Below are positions 35,213-44,826 of a stretch of 64,000 nucleotides of DNA, piece by piece. The first letter of the stretch is position 1, and every line of letters starts with the position of its first letter. A program made the translations under genes and the position numbers. The notes below the pieces were generated by a model. The model was not told the origin of the DNA, did no database searches, and saw nothing but the letters and a program-made list of their open reading frames with translations. The stretch is taken from the IMG/VR virus record IMGVR_UViG_3300021958_000035, positions 1-64,000 of that record. One strand, given 5' to 3'. This stretch comes from a virus (taxonomy: Duplodnaviria > Caudoviricetes).

Positions 35213-35624
35213 ATACAAACACTTAACAACAGGAGACTATTGCACTTGTGCCCAATATGTTGCTGCAATTATGTGTCAACGTAATGCAGAAAACAAGAAT
35301 GAGGGGTCTTTACCCTACAAATTCTGGAACAAAAAACCTTGGGACTGGACTTACAAGAAACAGCTTTTTAAGGCCAATAGCATACTAAAGGACTACAGTG
35401 AAGAAGCACTTGTCAAAGTAATTGAATCACCAGAGTTCAAAGGTATCTTTTCACTAAACCATCCGAAAGCAATTGCAATTATTAAGAAGTATGAGCTACA
35501 GATTGAAGATCAGAAGTCAAAACCGAAGCAAGAAATTGAAGTTAAGAAAGACGCCAAGACTAGGAAAAAGAGTTATGGCGGGAAGAACCTTTTAAATAAA
35601 CTTAGGAAATTAGAGAATGGCTAA
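35181..35624 (+). CDS. hypothetical basic protein
   Basis: operonic ORF upstream of the recombinase. Confidence 0.75.
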   Translation: MNKRKRSEKSKYKHLTTGDYCTCAQYVAAIMCQRNAENKNEGSLPYKFWNKKPWDWTYKKQLFKANSILKDYSEEALVKVIESPEFKGIFSLNHPKAIAIIKKYELQIEDQKSKPKQEIEVKKDAKTRKKSYGGKNLLNKLRKLENG

Positions 35625-36726
35625 GAAAAAGAGTAAACCTATTGAGTACGACGATCCTACTGTCGCAACATTATGTAAGAAGTATGGTAATGTTATTCAG
35701 TCTGGCACCAAGGTGTTAGAGTCTCTGGAGACGTATGATACCATCAGTCTTAGCCCAGTACTTGATATGGCACTCGGTGGTGGGTTGCGTGAGGGTCAGG
35801 TTGTTGTAATGACTGGCGACCCAAAGACTGGAAAGACAACGACCGCTCTGTATGCTGCTGCCAAGGCACAAGCTAAAGGTAAGAAAGTATACTACCTAAA
35901 TACCGAAGGTCGTCTGACCAAACAAAACTTTCGTGGCGTCAAAGGTTTAGATATTGATGCTATTCAAATCGTCCAAGCTACAGACGATACACCTGTCGTA
36001 TCTGCTGAGACATATCTTAATATTATGGAGCGACTGATTAAAGAAGAAGAGAACCTTTTCTTGATCTGTGATTCTACATCTAACATGGTTCCGCAAGACG
36101 AGATTGATGGAGAGATCCGTACAGGTGTTCGTAATGCTCTACCACGCTTGTTGTCTATGTTTTTCAAGCGTATCAGCGGCGACGTATCACGCATGAAAAC
36201 TATTGCCGTGTTCATTACTCACAATATCGCCAACACTGGTGGTTCACGATTTTCACCTAATAAGATGGCAGACTGCGGTAACATGATACAGTTCCAAGCT
36301 GGAACTAACATGGTCATCACGCACCGTGGCAAATGGGAAGTACCCAAAGAGTCAGGAAATCACGTTGGTCAAGTTGCTAACTGGATAATCAAAACTTCTG
36401 CCGCTGGTGGCACGCCCATGAGTACGGCAGCAAGCTGGATTCGTTACGGCATCGGTATTGATGAGTCGCAAGAGATTGCAACTATTGCTACAGACTTCGC
36501 ACTGATTCAAGCAAAAGGTGCTTGGTATACAATTTCTTGTTTAGTCGATAAGGCTACACACCCCATCGTACACCAATACCTTTCAAGCAACGAAGTTGAT
36601 CCATCAAATGAAGAAGCTGTAGTCAAGGCGTTTAAGTTTCAGGGTATGGAGAAACTGGTAAACTTCTTAAATGAAAACGAAGAACTCAGAGATATTGTAA
36701 TTGAAGAAGTTAGAGAATTATTCTGA
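35617..36726 (+). CDS. recA: RecA/UvsX-like recombinase
   Basis: LDMALGGG, Walker A GDPKTGKTT, LICDS, IRYGIGID, KGAWY. Confidence 0.88.
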   Translation: MAKKKSKPIEYDDPTVATLCKKYGNVIQSGTKVLESLETYDTISLSPVLDMALGGGLREGQVVVMTGDPKTGKTTTALYAAAKAQAKGKKVYYLNTEGRLTKQNFRGVKGLDIDAIQIVQATDDTPVVSAETYLNIMERLIKEEENLFLICDSTSNMVPQDEIDGEIRTGVRNALPRLLSMFFKRISGDVSRMKTIAVFITHNIANTGGSRFSPNKMADCGNMIQFQAGTNMVITHRGKWEVPKESGNHVGQVANWIIKTSAAGGTPMSTAASWIRYGIGIDESQEIATIATDFALIQAKGAWYTISCLVDKATHPIVHQYLSSNEVDPSNEEAVVKAFKFQGMEKLVNFLNENEELRDIVIEEVRELF

Positions 36727-36756
36727 TCGCGGTGAGATTTCCTTTTGGAGATTTTA

Positions 36757-37170
36757 GTGAAAGTCACAGGCTTAAATGGTAGAGAGTATAATCTCGACAC
36801 CAAGAAATATTTGATTAACAATCGAAGTAAGCGTAGCTTCTATCACTTACAAGCTAGGAAACTTATAGTCGAGCTATTTCATCCCTATCAGGTACTTGAA
36901 GAAGTTACGCTTCCCGGTTCTTCTATAAAAAAATCCAAACTAGCCCTTGACTTTTTGATTCCATCGTGTGCAATAGGTATTGAAGTGCATGGCGAACAGC
37001 ACTTTAAATATGTGCCGTACTTTCATAAATCTAAGATCGGGTTTGCACAAGCAAAGAAGCGAGACTTGGATAAGAAAGAGTGGTGCAGAATTAACGAAAT
37101 CACAATTATAGAGCTACGTTGGGACGAAGGTCTAGAATACTGGAGGGAGAAAATTGAACGCAGCAGATAG
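36757..37170 (+). CDS. Vsr/DUF559-like endonuclease
   Basis: LDFLIP...IEVHGEQH...RD..K..WC. Confidence 0.8.
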   Translation: MKVTGLNGREYNLDTKKYLINNRSKRSFYHLQARKLIVELFHPYQVLEEVTLPGSSIKKSKLALDFLIPSCAIGIEVHGEQHFKYVPYFHKSKIGFAQAKKRDLDKKEWCRINEITIIELRWDEGLEYWREKIERSR

Positions 37171-37615
37171 ATTAAAAGTATTTGTTGAAGGTATTGAAAG
37201 GTACGTTACGGCGGAGAATATTTCTCCAACCAAGTTTAATCCAGAGTTTGCTGTTGCAGAAACTCTAACAGTAGAGAAGATGGAAAAGTTGACTCAGGAC
37301 GACTGCTTCAACCACGCTTATCAGTTATACCAATATGCAGACCATATAGCTTGGTGTCGATCAAAGTGTGAGAATGTTGTTGGATGGTGTAGAGAAAATC
37401 TTGGTAGCATTATAGCTAGTGAGGTGACACAAATCGAAGTACAGTTTATGAAATATGAAACTAAAGTTGATCTCATCAAAAGAGAAAACGACATAGCAAG
37501 AAGCATTAACGAGTGGTTGCTGACAGCACAAAGCCGACTAGAACTTTTAAAAAGTAGAGAATACAACGTTCGCCGCAAGGCTGATATCTTAATTGAAAAA
37601 GGGAAAAGAAGATGA
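37154..37615 (+). CDS. helical hypothetical protein (possible recombination mediator)
   Basis: coiled-coil pattern, located in recombination operon. Confidence 0.6.
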   Translation: MNAADRLKVFVEGIERYVTAENISPTKFNPEFAVAETLTVEKMEKLTQDDCFNHAYQLYQYADHIAWCRSKCENVVGWCRENLGSIIASEVTQIEVQFMKYETKVDLIKRENDIARSINEWLLTAQSRLELLKSREYNVRRKADILIEKGKRR

Positions 37616-38031
37616 GTGACGACATTGTAAAAACATTGTTAGAATCATTGACAGATGAGCAAAAGGCTCAGCTTGTGCAAGACTTGTTAAAGTCAAATCA
37701 AAATGGAGAAGCTCCAGTATTAAAAGAGGAAACGGTTTCCTCAAAACCTCAGCCAAATGTGACAAAGGACTTTAGAGTAGTTCAGAACGATAAATTAGAT
37801 AAAAGGAAAACTCCGGTGACAGCTAGAAGAAATCAGTGGGTAGATAAAGGCGAGGATCGTGATCCAAACTTTGACCCCGCTAAGTTTGAGAGTATGGGTA
37901 AAGCAGCACGAGACCGCAGACAAGCAAGAAAGAAGACTATTGAGTGCCACGTTTGTGGTCGTAGTTTTACTGTAAATCCCGCCTACGTATACGGCGAAAA
38001 CATTAGATGTAACCAATGCGTAGGGAGGTAA
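37612..38031 (+). CDS. hypothetical protein with C-terminal zinc ribbon
   Basis: CHVC...CNQC. Confidence 0.75.
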   Translation: MSDDIVKTLLESLTDEQKAQLVQDLLKSNQNGEAPVLKEETVSSKPQPNVTKDFRVVQNDKLDKRKTPVTARRNQWVDKGEDRDPNFDPAKFESMGKAARDRRQARKKTIECHVCGRSFTVNPAYVYGENIRCNQCVGR

Positions 38032-38032
38032 A

Positions 38033-39487
38033 ATGGATCAGCTTGCTGATACCGGTGCAGAGAGAGCAGTTCTAGCTGGACTCTTTGCATACGGGCTTGA
38101 ATCTTATGTTGAAATCAGTGACTTTCTTACGCATAACAGCTTCGCTAACCGTAACAATCAAGTCATTTACAAGTGTATCGAAAAGGTGTTGGAGAATGAT
38201 GCTGTAGCTGACATTCCAGCAATTCTTTCTGCTGCTGAACAACTTAACCTCACAGAAGTAGTCAAGACTGAACATGAGTTAGACTACATTCGTGACCTTA
38301 TGGACTATCCTGTTAAAAGGGGTAATACCCTGCATTTTGCTGCACAGGTTAAAAAGTTTGAGTTTGCACGCAACGCAAAACGTATCGCTAAAAAGATAGA
38401 TAAAGATATTGACTCCATTGTTGGCGATGAGAGCATTGATGATATTATCAATCTCGTAGAAACACCACTTATGGATTTCTTGCGTGACGATGAGTCAGGC
38501 CAAAACCCAGAGATGCTTGGCGATAATCTTGACGAATACATCGAATTTCTAATCGAAAACAAATGTGACCAAATAGGACTGACTAGTGGATTTCCCAGAT
38601 TTGATTCCGTCATTGGTGGTGGCTTACGTCGCAAGTGTGTGGATCTCGTATCCGCAAGGCCCGGAGTAGGTAAGTCTGTGTTTGCAGATAATGTTGCTCT
38701 GCATAATGCTAGGAATGGAATTCCCGTACTTATGCTCGATACTGAGATGAGCAAAGAGGACCACCTCAACAGAATCCTTGCTAATATCAGTGGTGTTCCT
38801 ATTCAGGATATTACAACCGGCAAGTTCTCAGAAGATGACGAGAAAGCTATTGCCGTTAAAAATGCGGCAGAAGAAATTAGAGATATCCCCTACACCTATG
38901 TTAGTGTAGCTGGTGCCCCCTTTGAAACCATTATGAATATCATCAAGCGATGGATTCTTCGTGAAGTGGGTCAGGACGAAAATGGCACAACCAACGACTG
39001 CCTTGTTGTGTACGATTATCTCAAGCTCATGTCGTCATCCGGCATCAGTAACAATATCCAAGAGTATCAGGCTCTTGGTTTCCAAATCACAGAATTACAT
39101 AACCTAACAGTTAAGTATGACTTCCCATGTCTATCATTTGTTCAGTTGAACCGTGATGGTATCACAAAGGAATCTACGGATGCTGTTAGCGGTTCTGACC
39201 GCATCATTTGGTTGTGTACGTCTTTCTCTATATTTAAATTAAAGTCCGCAGAGGAACTGGCAGAGGGCGGTCCAAACGGTGGTAATCGAAAGATTGTCAC
39301 TTTAAAAGCTCGTCACGGTGCTGGATTACTTGACGGTAATTATATTAATATGAATATGGTTGGCGAACATGCACAGTTGACCGAGTTGCGAACTAGAGAT
39401 GAAATAAGATCCTCACCCGATGGTGATGTGATCGAAGGTTCTGATATACCATTCTGTATAGAGGGAGATGATGATGCCGGAATGTAA
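38033..39487 (+). CDS. dnaB: replicative DNA helicase
   Basis: AERAVL, ARPGVGKS, DTEMS, VYDYL, QLNR, K.RHG. Confidence 0.93.
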   Translation: MDQLADTGAERAVLAGLFAYGLESYVEISDFLTHNSFANRNNQVIYKCIEKVLENDAVADIPAILSAAEQLNLTEVVKTEHELDYIRDLMDYPVKRGNTLHFAAQVKKFEFARNAKRIAKKIDKDIDSIVGDESIDDIINLVETPLMDFLRDDESGQNPEMLGDNLDEYIEFLIENKCDQIGLTSGFPRFDSVIGGGLRRKCVDLVSARPGVGKSVFADNVALHNARNGIPVLMLDTEMSKEDHLNRILANISGVPIQDITTGKFSEDDEKAIAVKNAAEEIRDIPYTYVSVAGAPFETIMNIIKRWILREVGQDENGTTNDCLVVYDYLKLMSSSGISNNIQEYQALGFQITELHNLTVKYDFPCLSFVQLNRDGITKESTDAVSGSDRIIWLCTSFSIFKLKSAEELAEGGPNGGNRKIVTLKARHGAGLLDGNYINMNMVGEHAQLTELRTRDEIRSSPDGDVIEGSDIPFCIEGDDDAGM

Positions 39488-39890
39488 ACCACCAGCACAA
39501 TGTTGTGTGACGAATAAACCTTGGGGTTCCTATACAGATTACTTTAGGGCTGACAATGTAGTATTTAAAACAATTGAAGTAAGTCCGAAGCAAAGACTAT
39601 CTCTACAGACCCATGAAGAACGTGCCGAGATCTGGGTTGTTATGGAGGGCGAGTGTCTTTGTGAAATAAATGAAAACGTTCGCAGACTTGGAAGGGGAGA
39701 GACGTTGGACTCAAATTGGATATTTATACAACAGGGAGATGTTCATAGACTTATTAACGACACAACGGAAAAGTGCGTGATCGCAGAGTTGCAATTTGGT
39801 AAGTGTTCTGAGCAAGATATTGTCAGATTAGAAGATGACTATAACCGGACAAAACCATTATTCAGTTCTAGGCAAAGTGTTCGATGTTGA
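39468..39890 (+). CDS. cupin, mannose-6-phosphate isomerase type II C-terminal-like
   Basis: KPWGSY, RLSLQ.H..R.E.W, HRL.N, DIVRLEDDY. Confidence 0.88.
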   Translation: MMMPECKPPAQCCVTNKPWGSYTDYFRADNVVFKTIEVSPKQRLSLQTHEERAEIWVVMEGECLCEINENVRRLGRGETLDSNWIFIQQGDVHRLINDTTEKCVIAELQFGKCSEQDIVRLEDDYNRTKPLFSSRQSVRC

Positions 39891-39970
39891 AAATTGATCC
39901 AGAACCGAAACTAGACTTTGATGATGTATTACTCGTACCACAAAGATCGAGATTACTACAAATATTATAA
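39884..39970 (+). pseudogene. 5' stub of a GMP reductase/IMPDH-family gene
   Basis: MLKIDPEPKLDFDDVLLVPQRS* matches the GuaC/GuaB N-terminal L.FDDVLL.P motif. Confidence 0.75.
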
Positions 39971-39985
39971 CGATCAAAGTGTCTA

Positions 39986-40450
39986 ATGATTACATACGCA
40001 GCGATACCCAGTCCACTGTTTGGTCACAAACAAATGGACGACGCAATTGAACTTGTAGATGAAGCGTTTGCCGCTGGGTACTTTAAGAACCATCTAGTAG
40101 AAATTAAATGTGCATGGATAGCACTTGATGGTGAGAAAGTAGTGGGATGGGCAGCGGTTGGAGACTGTATACTCCGATGCATTGTTGTGCATCCAGACTA
40201 TCGAGGACAAGGCATTGGAAAGAGATTAACAGAAGAAAGATTAAAGCATTTAGGAGACTGCAAAGAAGTGATCTCTTATGCTTGGATTAGACCAGATGGT
40301 AGATGTATGTCGTGTAAAAACCTAGAAAATTTCGGCTTTGAACTTTCAAAAGAGCTTCCTGAATACTATAATAATACTAGAAGCGACTGTAAATACTGTG
40401 GGAGTAACTGTACATGTGTAGCAAGACTGTACGTCAAAACACAACGCTAG
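39986..40450 (+). CDS. GNAT acetyltransferase
   Basis: VVHPDYRGQGIG motif A; C-terminal Cys cluster. Confidence 0.88.
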   Translation: MITYAAIPSPLFGHKQMDDAIELVDEAFAAGYFKNHLVEIKCAWIALDGEKVVGWAAVGDCILRCIVVHPDYRGQGIGKRLTEERLKHLGDCKEVISYAWIRPDGRCMSCKNLENFGFELSKELPEYYNNTRSDCKYCGSNCTCVARLYVKTQR

Positions 40451-41490
40451 ATCTGAACAAAGTGCGAGAGATCGTCTTCCAAGATATTTATAAATTGTTA
40501 GATAGTTTTAATCTAGAGTACACTCAGGACGCAGAAAACATTTTTATGAAGTGTCCTATTCATGAGGGCAGCGACAACCCATTCGGTGTGTCTATTGCAC
40601 TTGATAAGCAGGTATGGCGTTGCTGGACTCGTGGGTGTCACGATCACTATAGTTGTAATATTTGGGGATTCATCAAAGGTTGTCTGCAAACAGACTCATT
40701 CTCTGATGCACTCAAGTATGTTTGTAAATTGTATGATGTAAATGGAGCATCCAAAAATGGAACCAGTAGTAGTAATAATGATGGTGATAAGCCTGATGCT
40801 GATTTTAGTCAGCTTATACGTCAAATTAAAGGATATAGAAGAACAGAAAAAAGCTCATGTGAAATTGAGCATGTTGCAAGACCAAAAACTGAATCGTGTC
40901 CTTCGCCGTATTTCATTGCTAGAGGATACGAACCGGAAACGTTGCGATTTTTTGGGGTTCGAGAAACAACAAGTGATACCAGAGGCATCCTTCGATATAG
41001 GGCAACTATCCCCATCTGGGGCGTTGACAGAAGCTACTGTGGTTGGATCGCGAGATCTACACGAGATTTCATACAACCCAAATACATTTTTTCTAAGGGA
41101 ATCAGAAAAACAGATTACCTCTACAACTACTACAACGCCACTGCGGGAGGTTCTAATTCCAGAGATTGGAAAAACGATACCCTCTTTCTGGTAGAGGGGC
41201 AGGGCGATGTTTGGAGACTATGGGAGTGCGGAGTCAAAAATGCAGTTGGACTATTTGGTAAAGACGTATCATCACAACAACGCAAGTTATTGCTTAGTAG
41301 TGGTGCGACCAGACTTGTTGTCCTCACTGACAACGACCAAGCAGGGCGAGAGTCGAAGATTAAAATTAAGCGAGAACTAGGAAGATTATTTAAGTTGGTG
41401 TTTCCCAAGATGCACACAAAAGATTTGGGAAGCATGACATGTGAACAAGTTGATAAGAATATTTTACAGGATTTAAAGGGGTACTATTAA
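40414..41490 (+). CDS. dnaG: DNA primase (CHC2 zinc finger + Toprim)
   Basis: CPIH...CWTRGC; PKY; VEGQGDV; TDNDQAG. Confidence 0.9.
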   Translation: MCSKTVRQNTTLDLNKVREIVFQDIYKLLDSFNLEYTQDAENIFMKCPIHEGSDNPFGVSIALDKQVWRCWTRGCHDHYSCNIWGFIKGCLQTDSFSDALKYVCKLYDVNGASKNGTSSSNNDGDKPDADFSQLIRQIKGYRRTEKSSCEIEHVARPKTESCPSPYFIARGYEPETLRFFGVRETTSDTRGILRYRATIPIWGVDRSYCGWIARSTRDFIQPKYIFSKGIRKTDYLYNYYNATAGGSNSRDWKNDTLFLVEGQGDVWRLWECGVKNAVGLFGKDVSSQQRKLLLSSGATRLVVLTDNDQAGRESKIKIKRELGRLFKLVFPKMHTKDLGSMTCEQVDKNILQDLKGYY

Positions 41491-42314
41491 TGATTTTAGG
41501 AATATCAGGACGCAAGCAGGCAGGCAAGAATACTACTGCAAACATCCTACATGGAATTGTATTAAAAGAACAGGGCTTCATCAAAGATTGGAACCTTGGT
41601 TCTAATGGTCAGTTATTGATTCCATCCGATGGTGGTTCTGGATGGGGAGAGTTTTGGATAGAGCGTAAAGACGAAGAATTTGTAACTTGGGCAGATAATA
41701 ATATGTGGCCCTTTGTTAAGCTCTACAGCTTTGCAGACTATTTAAAAACTATTTGTATGGAGTTATTCGATATCCCATTTAGGTGCTTGTACGGCACAGA
41801 TGCGGAAAAGAACCAAACCCAAGAACATCTACTATGGGAAAACATGCCGGGAGTAATTTCTGAGTCTGCTGCCTTTCATTTAGAGTCGGATGGTCATTTG
41901 TACAACGGAAACCATAGACGTAAGTCCTTACTTAATCTCACCGTGCATGACCCCGGCCCAATGACCGCCCGTGAATTTATGCAGTTCTTTGGCACAGACG
42001 TTATGCGTAAGATGTACGAACCTATATGGGTAAAGTCTTGCATTGAGAAGATACAAAAAGAAAGGTCACAACTAGCAATAATTGCAGATATTCGCTTCCC
42101 CAACGAAGCGAAAGCTGTTGAACAAGCCGGTGGCAAGGTTGTTCGACTAACACGCGAGGTTTACGACGATAGCCATTCGAGTGAATCGGCTTTGGATGAC
42201 TACCCCTTCACAGATTATATTGACAATAAAATTGAAAGCATCGACGTTCTGATGGTGAAGGTCAAAGAATTTTACCGTAACCTAAAGGAGCGACATGTTA
42301 GTAACCTATGTTAG
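41490..42314 (+). CDS. deoxynucleoside monophosphate kinase
   Basis: GISGRKQAGK, SFAD.LK, RE.MQ..GTD..R, D.RFPNE, H.SE. Confidence 0.9.
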   Translation: MILGISGRKQAGKNTTANILHGIVLKEQGFIKDWNLGSNGQLLIPSDGGSGWGEFWIERKDEEFVTWADNNMWPFVKLYSFADYLKTICMELFDIPFRCLYGTDAEKNQTQEHLLWENMPGVISESAAFHLESDGHLYNGNHRRKSLLNLTVHDPGPMTAREFMQFFGTDVMRKMYEPIWVKSCIEKIQKERSQLAIIADIRFPNEAKAVEQAGGKVVRLTREVYDDSHSSESALDDYPFTDYIDNKIESIDVLMVKVKEFYRNLKERHVSNLC

Positions 42315-43335
42315 AAGTTCATCATATAACAATTATGATTTTTGCCAAATGCAGTATTTCCTGACCTATAATCTAGGTTGGAGAGGTTCTAGCGGTAAAC
42401 GAGCAGATATGGGAACTATGGCCCACAAGGTCATGGAAATTCTCGCTGGACTTAAAAAGTTTCAGCAGGACAATCCTCGTAGAAAATGGCTAGAAATTGA
42501 AGATGATAAGTGTGGCAAAGTCAGAGTTAGCAAGGATGATCTCTACACTGACGCTTTTGTAGACGAATTGATCGCCAGATCCATCAAGGATTACGGCGAA
42601 ACATCTACCCACAAATTCTACCGTAAGGAACGTCAGGAGATTACTGATACTGTTTATACGTTCTTGACTTGGAATAATAGTCAATTCGACCCTAGACAAA
42701 GAAATATTTACTATCCAGAACCGCACTTCGACATGCCAATCGAGGAAGATTGGGCAAAGTTCGACTTCGTAGACGCTAGCGGAAACACCCAAAAAGGGCA
42801 GTTAGCTATCAAGGGCACAATTGACCTCGTTACACTTCTTGACGAAGATACAATTGAGGTGGTTGACTGGAAAAGCGGTCGTCGTCTGAACTGGGCTAGT
42901 GGCGAAGAAAAAACCTACGAAAAAATGATGAATGACCCACAGTTATTGCTGTATTTTTACGCTATGTCCAAGATGTTCCCTGATTTTCCCAATAGAATTA
43001 TGAGTATTTTCTTTTATAAAGACATTGAGGGGAAACCAGATCCTACACCGTATAGTTTCTCTTTTACCAAGGAAGATGAAGACAGATTTCTAGGAATGCT
43101 CAGAAAGCGGGTAGAAGAAATTAGACAAAATACCAATCCATCCGTACTAGATCCAACCAGAACTGACTTTAGATGTAAATATTTATGTCATTTTTGCAAA
43201 AATAACTTCGAGGGCGAAACTGATAATATGTGTATAACTATAGAGAAGGAATTAGTTCAGCTTGGGATGGACGAGGTGGTGAAGAAACGCACTGCACCCG
43301 ACTTTAATATTGGATTCTACGAGGCACCCGGATAA
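42295..43335 (+). CDS. PD-(D/E)xK exonuclease, Cas4/AddB-like
   Basis: G.IDL...VVDWKSG, QL..Y, N-terminal Cys plus C-terminal CKYLCHFC cluster. Confidence 0.85.
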   Translation: MLVTYVRSSSYNNYDFCQMQYFLTYNLGWRGSSGKRADMGTMAHKVMEILAGLKKFQQDNPRRKWLEIEDDKCGKVRVSKDDLYTDAFVDELIARSIKDYGETSTHKFYRKERQEITDTVYTFLTWNNSQFDPRQRNIYYPEPHFDMPIEEDWAKFDFVDASGNTQKGQLAIKGTIDLVTLLDEDTIEVVDWKSGRRLNWASGEEKTYEKMMNDPQLLLYFYAMSKMFPDFPNRIMSIFFYKDIEGKPDPTPYSFSFTKEDEDRFLGMLRKRVEEIRQNTNPSVLDPTRTDFRCKYLCHFCKNNFEGETDNMCITIEKELVQLGMDEVVKKRTAPDFNIGFYEAPG

Positions 43336-43465
43336 TGAAAAGAGAGAATTCTTAAAGATTTCTGTCTCTGAGAGTCTAGCCGCAGTAGCGGGTTCGCAGC
43401 CTGAACGTGTCTCCAATTACAAAAATCACATAATGATGACCATAACGGTCGTGGGAGGCGAATAA
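43335..43465 (+). pseudogene. frameshifted Tat-signal ORF remnant
   Basis: restoring 1 nt gives MKRREFLKISVSESLAAVAG...GGE* filling the gap exactly. Confidence 0.5.
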
Positions 43466-43466
43466 G

Positions 43467-44729
43467 ATGAAAAGGCGAGATTTTTTAACTTACGGAACTA
43501 GTTTTCTTGGTGGAGCATATCTAGCGAGCGACAATATCGCTGTTTCTTATGCTGATGAATATTCCCCCAAAATTACTAAAAACGACAAAAGCGTAATCTT
43601 TCTGTGGATGGGTGGAGGAGCGACTCACATCGAGACATTTAATCCCATCCCAAATTCCACAGTAGAAAGACGGTCTGCCACTGGTCATATAGAGACTAAA
43701 ATTCCAACGGTAAAGATAGGTGGACTCTTCAAGGAAGTAGCTAAAAGATCTGATAAAATTAACATTGTCAGAAGTTTCGCTCATAAAGATTCTAACCATC
43801 AAACTGCTACTCATTGGGTTGTTGGTGGCGAGAGAAACCAAGGCAGTACTGTTCAGAATTATCCTAGTTACGGAGCTATGATTGCTGGCTATTACGGGCC
43901 AGTATCTCAACCTCATGGTCTACCCACCTATATTAAGATGAACAAAATTGATGGGGATGGAGCAGCTTTTCTTGGTCAGAAATATATGGGCTACGAAGCC
44001 AATAGAGAAGGCGTAGGCGATCTCCAGTTAAAGATGTCTAAGGAAAAATTCATGGAGAGAAAAGGTCTGCTAGACTTAGTAGAGAAACATTCTCCCTTCA
44101 AAGGACGAGGAGAAGACTGGAGAGAGTTCCAAAATCAAGCTCTCACGGCTATAACCGGCAAAGCGGCTGAAACTTTTAGAATTGAAGAAGATTCTAAATA
44201 CGGTACATTTAAGGATGACCAGTTGGGCAAGGATGCCTTAGCCGCAGTCAGAGCTATACAGAACGGTGCCAAGTTTGTAAATATCCAGTATGGTGGCTGG
44301 GATATGCACAGTAATATAGTAAATTCGTTAAATACTAGACAGGTAACTCTAGATAGATATGTTGGCCTACTTATGGACGAGTTAGAGGTCAGGGGTTTAT
44401 TTGAGAACACTCTTCTGGTTGTAGCCACAGAGTTTGGTAGAACGCCAAAAATAAACGGTAACGCAGGGCGTGACCACTGGAGTGGTAGTGTCCCCTTAAT
44501 GTTTGCTGGTGGAGGATACGACTTGGGCCGTGTAATTGGAACCTCCAGTGCAAACGCCGAATTTCCAGAAAACGGTGAGTGCAGTCCTATAGATTTAAGA
44601 TGGACTGTGTTAAACCATGTGGGAATCCACAAAAACAACACTTGGATGGGCATTAATGGAAGACCAATGCCTATTACTGGTAGTGAAGAGAAGAATATAT
44701 TAACAGATATCCACGTAGGGGTAGGATAA
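43467..44729 (+). CDS. DUF1501 family protein with Tat signal (second copy)
   Basis: MKRRDFL; LWMGGGATHIETF, GGWDMH, TEFGRTPKIN..GRDHW. Confidence 0.9.
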   Translation: MKRRDFLTYGTSFLGGAYLASDNIAVSYADEYSPKITKNDKSVIFLWMGGGATHIETFNPIPNSTVERRSATGHIETKIPTVKIGGLFKEVAKRSDKINIVRSFAHKDSNHQTATHWVVGGERNQGSTVQNYPSYGAMIAGYYGPVSQPHGLPTYIKMNKIDGDGAAFLGQKYMGYEANREGVGDLQLKMSKEKFMERKGLLDLVEKHSPFKGRGEDWREFQNQALTAITGKAAETFRIEEDSKYGTFKDDQLGKDALAAVRAIQNGAKFVNIQYGGWDMHSNIVNSLNTRQVTLDRYVGLLMDELEVRGLFENTLLVVATEFGRTPKINGNAGRDHWSGSVPLMFAGGGYDLGRVIGTSSANAEFPENGECSPIDLRWTVLNHVGIHKNNTWMGINGRPMPITGSEEKNILTDIHVGVG

Positions 44730-44826
44730 TAAAAAGAAGAAAATTTTATTATTATTAGTTAGAGTCGCAACACTTACCAATACGGTATAAATTATTTCCT
44801 CGATTACAACCTTATAGGAGTTAAAA

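Noticed and set aside
42295-43335. Cas4-like nuclease as evidence of a CRISPR-Cas system
   Set aside because: Stand-alone Cas4/AddB-like exonucleases are common in phage replication modules; no cas1/cas2 or array in the window
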